64,000 nt of DNA from Tubulanus polymorphus (lineage: Eukaryota; Animalia; Nemertea): assembly GCF_964204645.1 (NCBI RefSeq), contig NC_134028.1, positions 27,307,345 through 27,371,344 on the forward strand, in the 5' to 3' direction. Below, in pieces: positions 24,725 through 37,600 of the stretch. The position numbers were made by a program, and so were the translations under genes. The stretch's first letter is position 1. Every line of letters starts with the position of its first letter. The notes under the pieces were generated by a model that was given only the letters and a program-made list of their open reading frames with translations, did no database searches and was not told the origin of the DNA.

Positions 24725-27700
24725 CTAGGTTGAAAGAATCAGAATTTTCTGGCTGCCTTTGGTTCTGAAGATGATGGACTCAATCTGAAAAGATGGGCTA
24801 AGGCGTATTGAACTGATTTCAAATAGATAGGTGTAAAGATTAAGAATTTTCTGGCTATTTATGCTCCTGAAGATGAAGGACTCGATCTGAAATGATAGGT
24901 TAAGGTAAACTGAACTGATTTCGAGTAGATGGACTGAAAGATACAGATTTTTCTTGCAAAATAGGGTCCTAAAGATGATGAAATCTATCTTAATTGATGG
25001 GTTAGGGTGTACTGAACTGATTTCAAATAAATAGGTGTAAAGATTAAGAATTTTCTGGCTATTTATGCTCCTGAAGATGATGGACTCAATCTGAAAAGAT
25101 GGGCTAAGGCGAATTGAACTGATTTCAAATAGATAGGTGGAAAGATTAAGAATTTTCTGGCTATTTATGCTCCTGAAGATGATGGACTCGATCTGAAATG
25201 ATAGGTTAAGGTAAACTGAACTGATTTCGAGCAGATGGACTGAAAGATACAGATTTTTCTTGCAAAATAGGGTCCTAAAGATGACGAATTCTATCTTAAT
25301 TGATGGGTTAGGGTGAACTGAACTGATTTCAAATAGATAGGTTGAAAGAATCAGAATTTTCTGGCTGCTTTTGGTTCTGAAGATGATGGATTCAATCTGA
25401 AAAGATGTGTTAAGGCGTATTGAACTGATTTCAAATAGATAGGTGGAAAGATTAAGAATTTTCTGGCTATTTATGCTCCTGAAGATGATGGACTCGATCT
25501 GAAATGATAGGTTAAGGTAAACTGAATTGATTTCGAGTAGATGGACTGAAAGATACAGATTTTTCTTGCAAAATAGGGTCCTAAAGATGACGAGTTCTAT
25601 CTTAATTGATGGGATAGGGTGTACTGAACTGATTTCAAATAGATAGGTGGAAAGAATCAGAATTTTCTGGCTGCTTTTGGTTCTGAAGATGATGGATTCA
25701 ATCTGAAAAGATGTGTTAAGGCGTATTGAACTGATTTCAAATAGATAGGTGGAAAGATTAAGAATTTTCTGGCTATCTATGCTCCTCAAGATGATGGACT
25801 CGATCTGAAATGATAGGTTAAGGTAGACTGAACTGATTTCGAGTAGATGGACTGAAAGATACAAATTTTTCTTGCAAAATAGGGTCCTAAAGATGATGAA
25901 TTCTATCTTAATTGATGGGTTAGGGTGAACTGAACTGATTTCAAATAGATAGGTGGAAAGATTAAGAATTTTCTGGCTATTTATGCTCCTGAAGATGATG
26001 GACTCGATCTGAAATGATAGGTTAAGGTAAACTGAACTGATTTCGAGTAGATGGACTGAAAGATACAGACTTTTCCTGCAAAATAGGGTCCTAAAGATGA
26101 TGAATTCTATCTTAATTGATGGGTTAGGGTGTACTGAACTGATTTCAAATAGATAGGTTGAAAGAATCAGAATTTTCTGGCTGCTTTTGGTTCTGAAGAT
26201 GATGGATACAATCTGAAAAGATGTGTTAAGGCGTATTGAACTGATTTCAAATAGATAGGTGGAAAGATTAAGAATTTTCTTGCTACTTATGCTCCTGAAG
26301 ATGATGGACTCGATCTGAAATGATAGGTTAAGGTAGACTGAACTGATTCTGAATAGATGGACTGAAAGATACAGATTTTTCTTGCAAAATAAGGTCCTAA
26401 AGATGATGAGTTCTATCTTAATTGATGGGTTAGGGTGTACTGAACTGATTTCAAATAGATAGGTCAAAAGATTAAGAATTTTCTGGCTATTTATGCTCCT
26501 GAAGATGATGGACTCGATCTGAAATGATAGGTTAAGGTAAACTGAACTGATTTCGAGTAGATGGACTGAAAGATACAGATTTTTCTTGCAAAATAGGGTC
26601 CTAAAGATGACGAGTTCTATCTTAAATGATGGGTTAGGGTGTACTGAACTGATTTCAAATAGATAGGTGGAAAGATTAAGAATTTTCTGGCTATTTATGC
26701 TCCTGAAGATGATGGACTCGATCTGAAATGATAGGTTAAGGTAAACTGAACTGATTTCGAGTAGATGGACTGAAAGATACAAATTTTTCTTGCAAAATAG
26801 GGTCCTAAAGATGATGAGTTCTATCTTAATTGATGGGTTAGGGTGTACTGAACTGATTTCAAATAGATAGGTGGAAAGATTAAGAATTTTCTGGCTATTT
26901 ATGCTCCTGAAGATGATGGACTCGATCTGAAATGATAGGTTAAGGTAAACTGAACTGATTTCGAGCAGATGGACTGAAAGATACAGATTTTTCTTGCAAA
27001 ATAGGGTCCTAAAGATGATGAATTCTATCTTAATTGATGGGTTAGGGTGAACTGAACTGATTTCAAATAGATAGGTGGAAAGAATCAGAATTTTCTGGCT
27101 GCCTTTGGTTCTGAAGATGATGGACTCAATCTGAAAAGATGGGCTAAGGCGTATTGAACTGATTTCAAATAGATAGGTGGAAAGATTAAGAATTTTCTGG
27201 CTATTTATGCTCCTGAAGATGATGGACTCGATCTGAAATGATAGGTTAAGGTAAACTGAACTTATTTCGAGTAGATGGACTGAAAGATACAGATTTTTCT
27301 TGCAAAATAGGGCCCTAAAGATGATGAATTCTATCTTAATTGATGGGTTAGGGTGTACTGAACTGATTTCAAATAGATAGGTGGAAAGATTAAGAATTTT
27401 CTGGTTATTTATGCTCCTGAAGATGATGGATTCGATCTGAAATGATAGGTTAAGGTAAACTGAACTTATTTCGAGTAGATGGACTGAAAGATACAGATTT
27501 TTCTTGCAAAACAGGGTCCTAAAGATGATGAATTCTATCTTAATTGATGATTTAAGGCGTATTGAACTGATTTCAAATAGATAGGTGGAAAGATTAAGAA
27601 TTTTCTGGCTATTTATGCTCCTGAAGATGATGGACTCGATCTGAAATGATAGGTTAAGGTAAACTGAACTGATTTCGAGTAGATGGACTGAAAGATACAA

Positions 27701-30700
27701 ATTTTTTTTGCAAAATAGGGTCCTAAAGATGATGAATTCTATCTTAATTGATGGGTTAGGGTGTACTGAACTGATTTCAAATAGATAGGTGGAAAGAATC
27801 AGAATTTTCTGGCTGCTTTTGGTTCTGAAGATGATGGATTCAATCTGAAAAGATGTGTTAAGGCGTATTGAACTGATTTCAAATAGATAGGTGGAAAGAT
27901 TAAGAATTTTCTGGCTATTTATGCTCCTGAAGATGATGGACTCGATCTGAAATGATAGGTTAAGGTAGACTGAACTGATTCTGAATAGATGGACTGAAAG
28001 ATACAGATTTTTCTTGCAAAATAGGGTCCTAAAGATGATGAGTTCTATCTTAATTGATGGGTTAGGGTGTACTGAACTGATTTCAAATAGATAGGTCGAA
28101 AGATTAAGAATTTTCTGGCTATTTATGCTCCTGAAGATGATGGACTCGATCTGAAATGATAGGTTAAGGTAAACTGAACTGATTTCGAGTAGATGGACTG
28201 AAAGATACAGATTTTTCTTGCAAAATAGGGTCCTAAAGATGATGAATTCTATCCTAATTGATGGGTTAGGGTGTACTGAACTGATTTCAAATAGATAGGT
28301 TGAAAGAATCAGAATTTTCTGGCTATTTATGCTCCTGAAGATGATGGACTCGATCTGAAATGATAGGTTAAGGTAAACTGAACTGATTTCGAGTAGATGG
28401 ACTGAAAGATACAGATTTTTCTTGCAAAATAGGGTCCTAAAGATGATGAATTCTATCTTAATTGATGGGTTAGGGTGTACTGAACTGATTTCAAATAGAT
28501 AGGTGGAAAGATTAAGAATCTTCTGGCTATTTATGCTCCTGAAGATGATGGACTCGATCTGAAATGATAGGTTAAGGTAAACTGAACTGATTTCGAGAAG
28601 ATGGACTGAAAGATACAGATTTTTCTTGCAAAATAGGGTCCTAAAGATGATGAGTTTTATCTTAATTGATGGGTTAAGGTGTACTGAACTGATTTCAAAT
28701 AGATAGGTGGAAAGATTAAGAATCTTCTGGCTATTTATGCTCCTGAAGATGATGGACTCGATCTGAAATGATAGGTTAAGGTAAACTGAACTGATTTCGA
28801 GAAGATGGACTGAAAGATACAGATTTTTCTTGCAAAATAGGGTCCTAAAGATGATGAATTCTATCTTAATTGATGGGTTAGGGTGTACTGAACTGATTTC
28901 AAATAGATAGGTTGAAAGAATCAGAATTTTCTGGCTGCTTTTGGTTCTGAAGATGATGGATTCAATCTGAAAAGATGTGTTAAGGCGTATTGAACTGATT
29001 TCAAATAGATAGGTGGAAAGATTAAGAATTTTCTGGCTATTTATGCTCCTGAAGATGATGGACTCGATCTGAAACGATAGGTTAAGGTAAACTGAACTGA
29101 TTTCGAGTAGATGGACTGAAAGATACAGATTTTTCTTGCAAAATAGGGTCCTAAAGATGATGAATTCTATCTTAATTGTTGGGTTAGGGTGTACTGAACT
29201 GATTTTCAATAGATTGGTTGAAAGATTCAGAAATTTCTGACTGCTTATACTTCTGAAGTTGATTGATTCAATCTGAAAAGATGGGTTAAGGCGGGTTGAA
29301 CTGATTTCAAATGGATAGGTGGAAAGATTAGGAATTTTCTGGCTATTTATGCTCCTGAAGATGATGAACTCGATCTGAAATGATAGGTTAAGGTAAACTG
29401 AACTGATTTCGAGTAGATGGACTGAAAGATACAGATTTTTCTTGCAAAATAGGGTCCTAAAGATGATGAATTCTATCTTAATTTATGGGTTAGGGTGAAC
29501 TGAACTGATTTCAAATAGATAGGTGGAAAGAATCAGAATTTTCTGGCTGCCTTTGGTTCTGAAGATGATGGACTCAATCTGAAAAGATGGGCTAAGGCGT
29601 ATTGAACTGATTTCAAATAGATAGGTGGAAAGATTAAGAATTTTCTGGCTATTTATGCTCCTGAAGATGATGGACTCGATCTGAAATGATAGGTTAAGGT
29701 AAACTGAACTGATTTCGAGTAGATGGACTGAAAGATACACATTTTTCTTGCAAAATAGGGTCCTAAAGATGATGAGTTCTATCTTAATTGATGGGTTAGG
29801 GTGTACTGAACTGATTTCAAATAGATAGGTGGAAAGATTAAGAATTTTCTGGCTATTTATGCTCCTGAAGATGATGGACTCGATCTGAAATGATAGGTTA
29901 AGGTAAACTGAACTGATTTCGAGCAGATGGACTGAAAGATACAGATTTTTCTTGCAAAATAGGGTCCTAAAGATGATGAATTCTATCTTAATTGATGGGT
30001 TAGGGTGAACTGAACTGGTTTCAAATAGATAGGTGGAAAGAATCAGAATTTTCTGGCTGCCTTTGGTTCTGAAGATGATGGACTCAATCTGATAAGATGG
30101 GCTAAGGCGTATTGAACTGATTTCAAATAGATAGGTGGAAAGATTAAGAATTTTCTGGCTATTTATGCTCCTGAAGATGATGGACTCGATCTGAAATGAT
30201 AGGTTAAGGTAAACTGAACTGATTTCGAGTAGATGGACTGAAAGATACAGATTTTTCTTGCAAAATAGGGTCCTAAAGATGATGAATTCTATCTTAATTG
30301 ATGGGTTAGGGTGTACTGAACTGATTTCAAATAGATAGGTGGAAAGATTAAGAATTTTCTGGTTATTTATGCTCCTGAAGATGATGGATTCGATCTGAAA
30401 TGATAGGTTAAGGTAAACTGAACTTATTTCGAGTAGATGGACTGAAAGATACAGATTTTTCTTGCAAAACAGGGTCCTAAAGATGATGAATTCTATCTTA
30501 ATTGATGGTTTAAGGCGTATTGAACTGATTTCAAATAGATAGGTGGAAAGATTCAGAATTTTCTGGCTATTTATGCTCCTGAAGATGATGGACTCGATCT
30601 GAAATGATAGGTTAAGGTAAACTGAACTGATTTCGAGTAGATGGACTGAAAGATACAAATTTTTTTTGCAAAATAGGGTCCTAAAGATGATGAATTCTAT

Positions 30701-31649
30701 CTTAATTGATGGGTTAGGGTGTACTGAACTGATTTCAAATAGATAGGTTGAAAGAATCAGAATTTTCTGGCTGCTTTTGGTTCTGAAGATGATGGATTCA
30801 ATCTGAAAAGATGTGTTAAGGCGTATTGAACTGATTTCAAATAGATAGGTGGAAAGATTAAGAATTTTCTGGCTATTTATGCTCCTGAAGATGATGGACT
30901 CGATCTGAAATGATAGGTTAAGGTAGACTGAACTGATTCTGAATAGATGGACTGAAAGATACAGATTTTTCTTGCAAAATAGGGTCCTAAAGATGATGAG
31001 TTCTATCTTAATTGATGGGTTAGGGTGTACTGAACTGATTTCAAATAGATAGGTCGAAAGATTAAGAATTTTCTGGCTATTTATGCTCCTGAAGATGATG
31101 GACTCGATCTGAAATGATAGGTTAAGGTAAACTGAACTGATTTCGAGTAGATGGACTGAAAGATACAGACTTTTCTTGCAAAATAGGGTCCTAAAGATGA
31201 TGAATTCTATCTTAATTGATGGGTTAGGGTGTACTGAACTGATTTCAAATAGATAGGTCGAAAGAATCAGAATTTTCTGGCTGCTTTTGGTTCTGAAGAT
31301 GATGGATACAATCTGAAAAGATGTGTTAAGGCGTATTGAACTGATTTCAAATAGATAGGTGGAAAGATTAAGAATTTTCTGGCTATTTATGCTCCTGAAG
31401 ATGATGGACTCGATCTGAAATGATAGGTTAAGGTAAACTGAACTGATTTCGAGTAGATGGACTGAAAGATACAGATTTTTCTTGCAAAATAGGGCCCTAA
31501 AGATGATGAATTCTATCTTAATTGATGGGTTAGGGTGAACTGAACTGATTTCAAATAGATAGGTGGAAAGAATCAGAATTTTCTGGCTGCCTTTGGTTCT
31601 GAAGATGATGGACTCAATCTGAAAAGATGGGCTAAGGCGTATTGAACTG

Positions 31650-34600
31650 ATTTCAAATAGATAGGTGGAAAGATTAAGAATTTTCTGGCTATTTATGCTC
31701 CTGAAGATGATGGACTCGATCTGAAATGATAGGTTAAGGTAAACTGATCTGATTTCGAGTAGATGGACTGAAAGATACAAATTTTTCTTGCAAAATAGGG
31801 TCCTAAAGATGATGAATTCTATCTTAATTGATGGGTTAGGGTGTACTGAACTGATTTCAAATAGATAGGTTGAAAGAATCAGAATTTTCTGGCTGCTTTT
31901 GGTTCTGAAGATGATGGATTCAATCTGAAAAGATGTGTTAAGGCGTATTGAACTGATTTCAAATAGATAGGTGGAAAGATTAAGAATTTTCTGGCTATTT
32001 ATGTTCCTGAAGATGATGGACTCGATCTGAAATGATAGGTTAAGGTAGACTGAACTGATTCTGAATAGATGGACTGAAAGATACAGATTTTTCTTGCAAA
32101 ATAAGGTCCTAAAGATGATGAGTTCTATCTTAATTGATGGGTTAGGGTGTACTGAACTGATTTCAAATAGATAGGTGGAAAGATTAAGAATTTTCTGGCT
32201 ATTTATGCTCCTGAAGATGATGGACTCGATCTGAAATGATAGGTTAAGGTAAACTGAACTGATTTCGAGTAGATGGACTGAAAGATACAGACTTTTCTTG
32301 CAAAATAGGGCCCTAAAGATGATGAATTCTATCTTAATTGATGGGTTAGGGTGTACTGAACTGATTTCAAATAGATAGGTTGAAAGAATCAGAAATTTCT
32401 GGCTGCTTTTGGTTCTGAAGATGATGGATACAATCTGAAAAGATGTGTTAAGGCGTATTGAACTGATTTCAAATAGATAGGTGGAAAGATTAAGAATTTT
32501 CTGGCTATTTATGCTCCTGAAGATGATGGACTCGATCTGAAATGATAGGTTAAGGTAAACTGAACTGATTTCGAGCAGATGGACTGAAAGATACAGATTT
32601 TTCTTGCAAAATAGGGCCCTAAAGATGATGAATTCTATCTTAATTGATGGGTTAGGGTGAACTGAACTGATTTCAAATAGATAGGTGGAAAGAATCAGAA
32701 TTTTCTGGCTGCCTTTGGTTCTGAAGATGATGGACTCAATCTGAAAAGATGGGCTAAGGCGTATTGAACTGATTTCAAATAGATAGGTGGAAAGATTAAG
32801 AATTTTCTGGCTATTTATGCTCCTGAGGATGATGCACTCGATCTGAAATGATAGGTTAAGGTAGACTGAACTGATTTCGAGTAGATGGACTGAAAGATAC
32901 AGATTTTTCTTGCAAAATAGGGTCCTAAAGATGATGAATTCTATCTTAATTGATGGGTAAGGGTGTACTGAACTGATTTCAAATAGATAGGTTGAAAGAA
33001 TCAGAATTTTCTGGCTGCTTTTGGTTCTGAAGATGATGGATTCAATCTGAAAAGATGTGTTAAGGCGTATTGAACTGATTTAAAATAGATAGGTGGAAAG
33101 ATTAAGAATTTTCTGGCTATTTATGCTCCTGAAGATGATGGACTCGATCTGAAATGATAGGTTAAGGTAAACTGAACTGATTCCGAGTAGATGGACTGAA
33201 AGATACAAATTTTTCTTGCAAAATAGGGTCCAAAAGATGATGAATTCTATCTTAATTGATGGGTTAGGGTGTACTGAACTGATTTCAAATAGATAGGTTG
33301 AAAGAATCAGAATTTTCGGGCTGCTTTTGGTTCTGAAGATGATGGATTCAATCTGAAAAGATGTGTTAAGGCGTATTGAACTGATTTCAAATAGATAGGT
33401 GGAAAGATTAAGAATTTTCTGGCCATTTATGCTCCTGAAGATGATGGACTCGATCTGAAATGATAGGTTAAGGTAGACTGAACTGATTCTGAATAGATGG
33501 ACTGAAAGATACAGATTTTTCTTGCAAAATAGGGTCCTAAAGATGATGAGTTCTATCTTAATTGATGGGTTAGGGTGTACTGAACTGATTTCAAATAGAT
33601 AGGTTGAAAGAATCAGAATTTTCTGGCTGCTTTTGGTTCTGAAGATGATGGATTCAATCTGAAAAGATGTGTTAAGGCGTATTGAACTGATTTCAAATAG
33701 ATAGGTGGAAAGATTAAGAATTTTCTGGCTATTTATGCTCCTGAAGATGATGGACTCGATCTGAAATGATAGGTTAAGGTTAACTGAACTGATTTCGAGT
33801 AGATGGACTGAAAGATACAGATTTTTCTTGCAAAATAGGGTCCTAAAGATGATGAGTTCTATCTTAATTGATGGGTTAGGGTGTACTGAACTGATTTCAA
33901 ATAGATAGGTTGAAAGATTAAGAATTTTCTGGCTATTTATGCTCCTGAAGATGATGGACTCGATCTGAAATGATAGGTTAAGGTAAACTGAACTGATTTC
34001 GAGCAGATGGACTGAAAGATACAGATTTTTCTTGCAAAATAGGGTCCTAAAGATGATGAATTCTATCTTAATTGATGGGTTAGGGTGAACTGAACTGATT
34101 TCAAATAGATAGGTGGAAAGAATCAGAATTTTCTGGCTGCCTTTGGTTCTGAAGATGATGGACTCAATCTGAAAAGATGGGCTAAGGCGTATTGAACTGA
34201 TTTCAAATAGATAGGTGGAAAGATTAAGAATTTTCTGGCTATTTATGCTCCTGAAGATGATTGACTCGATCTGAAATGATAGGTTAGGTAGACTGAACTG
34301 ATTTCGAGTAGATGGACTGAAAGATAAAGATTTTTCTTGCAAAATAGGGTCCTAAAGATGATGAGTTCTATCTTAATTGATGGGTTAGGGTGTACTGAAC
34401 TGATTTCAAATAGATAGGTGGAAAGATTAAGAATTTTCTGGTTATTTATGCTCCTGAAGATGATGGACTCGATCTAAATGATAGGTTAAGGTAAACTGAA
34501 CTGATTTCGAGTAGATGGACTGAAAGATACAGATTTTTCTTGCAAAACAGGGTCCTAAAGATGATGAATTCTATCTTAATTGATGGGTTAAGGCGTATTG

Positions 34601-37600
34601 AACTGATTTCAAATAGATAGGTGGAAAGAATCAGAATTTTCTGGCTGCCTTTGGTTCTGAAGATGATGGACTCAATCTGAAAAGATGGGCTAAGGCGTAT
34701 TGAACTGATTTCAAATAGATAGGTGGAAAGATTAAGAATTTTCTGGCTATTTATGCTCCTGAAGATGATGGACTCGATCTGAAATGATAGGTTAAGGTAA
34801 ACTGAACTGATTTCGAGTAGATGGACTGAAAGATACAAATTTTTCTTGCAAAATAGGGTCAAAAAGATGATGAATTCTATCTTAATTGATGGGTTAGGGT
34901 GTACTGAACTGATTTCAAATAGATAGGTTGAAAGAATCAGAATTTTCGGGCTGCTTTTGGTTCTGAAGATGATGGATTCAATCTGAAAAGATGTGTTAAG
35001 GCGTATTGAACTGATTTCAAATAGATAGGTGGAAAGATTAAGATTTTTCTGGCTATTTATGCTCCTGAAGATGATGGACTCGATCTGAAATGATAGGTTA
35101 AGGTAGACTGAACTGATTCTGAATAGATGGACTGAAAGATACAGATTTTTCTTGCAAAATAGGGTCCAAAAGATGATGAATTCTATCTTAATTGATGGGT
35201 TAGGGTGTACTGAACTGATTTCAAATAGATAGGTTGAAAGAATCAGAATTTTCGGGCTGCTTTTGGTTCTGAAGATGATGGATTCAAACTGAAAAGATGT
35301 GTTAAGGCGTATTGAACTGATTTCAAATAGATAGGTGGAAAGATTAAGAATTTTCTGGCTATTTATGCTCCTGAAGATGATGGACTCGATCTGAAATGAT
35401 AGGTTAAGGTAAACTGAACTGATTTCGAGCAGATGGACTGAAAGATACAGATTTTTCTTGCAAAATAGGGTCCTAAAGATGATGAATTCTATCTTAATTG
35501 ATGGGTTAGGGTGAACTGAACTGATTTCAAATAGATAGGTGGAAAGAATCAGAATTTTCTGGCTGCCTTTGGTTCTGAAGATGATGGACTCAATCTGAAA
35601 AGATGGGCTAAGGCGTATTGAACTGATTTCAAATAGATAGGTGGAAAGATTAAGAATTTTCTGGCTATTTATGCTCCTGAAGATGATTGACTCGATCTGA
35701 AATGATAGGTTAGGTAGACTGAACAGATTTCGAGTAGATGGACTGAAAGATACAGATTTTTCTTGCAAAATAGGGTCCTAAAGATGATGAGTTCTATCTT
35801 AATTGATGGGTTAGGGTGTACTGAACTGATTTCAAATAGATAGGTTGAAAGATTAAGAATTTTCTGGCTATTTATGCTCCTGAAGATGATGGACTCGATC
35901 TGAAATGATAGGTTAAGGTAAACTGAACTGATTTCGAGTAGATGGACTGAAAGATACAGATTTTTCTTGCAAAATAGGGTCCTAAAGATGATGAGTTCTA
36001 TCTTAATTGATGGGTTAGGGTGTACTGAACTGATTTCAAATAGATAGGTTGAAAGATTAAGAATTTTCTGGTTATTTATGCTCCTGAAGATGATGGACTC
36101 GATCTGAAATGATAGGTTAAGGTAAACTGAACTGATTTCGAGTAGATGGACTGAAAGATACAGATTTTTCTTGCAAAACAGGGTCCTAAAGATGATGAAT
36201 TCTATCTTAATTGATGGGTTAAGGCGTATTGAACTGATTTCAAATAGATAGGTGGAAAGAATCAGAATTTTCTGGCTGCCTTTGGTTCTGAAGATGATGG
36301 ACTCAATCTGAAAAGATGGGCTAAGGCGTATTGAACTGATTTCAAATAGATAGGTGGAACGATTAAGAATTTTCTGGCTATTTATGCTCCTGAGGATGAT
36401 GCACTCGATCTGAAATGATAGGTTAAGGTAGACTGAACTGATTTCGAGTAGATGGACAGAAAGATACAGATTTTTCTTGCAAAATAGGGTCCTAAAGATG
36501 ATGAATTCTATCTTAATTGATGGGTAAGGGTGTACTGAACTGATTTCAAATAGATAGGTTGAAAGAATCAGAATTTTCTGGCTGCTTTTGGTTCTGAAGA
36601 TGATGGATTCAATCTGAAAAGATGTGTTAAGGCGCATTGAACTGATTTCAAATAGATAGGTGGAAAGATTAAGAATTTTCTGGCTATTTATGCTCCTGAA
36701 GATGATGGACTCGGTCTGAAATGATAGGTTAAGGTAAACTGAACTGATTTCGAGTAGATGGACTGAAAGATACCGATTTTTCTTGCAAAATAGGGTCCTA
36801 AAGATGATGAATTCTATCTTAATTGATGGGTTAGGGTGTACTGAACTGATTTCAAATAGATAGGTGGGAAGATTAAGAATTTTCTGGCTATTTATGCTCC
36901 TGAAGATGATGGACTCGATCTGAAATGATAGGTTAAGGTAAACTGAACTGATTTCGAGCAGATGGACTGAAAGATACAGATTTTTCTTGCAAAATAGGGT
37001 CCTAAGGATGATGAATTCTATCTTAATTGATGGGTTAGGGTGAACTGAACTGATTTCAAATAGATAGGTGGAAAGAATCAGAATTTTCTGGCTGCCTTTG
37101 GTTCTGAAGATGATGGACTCAATCTGAAAAGATGGGCTAAGGCGTATTGAACTGATTTCAAATAGATAGGTGGAAAGATTAAGAATTTTCTGGCTATTTA
37201 TGCTCCTGAAGATGATGGACTCGATCTGAAATGATAGGTTAAGGTAAACTGAACTTATTTCGAGTAGATGGACTGAAAGATACAGACTTTTCTTGCAAAA
37301 TAGGGCCCTAAAGATGATGAATTCTATCTTAATTGATGGGTTAGGGTGTACTGAACTGATTTCAAATAGATAGGTTGAAAGAATCAGAATTTTCTGGCTG
37401 CTTTTGGTTCTGAAGATGATGGATACAATCTGAACTGATTCTGAATAGATGGACTGAAAGATACAGATTTTTCTTGCAAAATAGGGTCCAAAAGATGATG
37501 AATTCTATCTTAATTGATGGGTTAGGGTGTACTGAACTGATTTCAAATAGATAGGTTGAAAGAATCAGAATTTTCGGGCTGCTTTTGGTTCTGAAGATGA

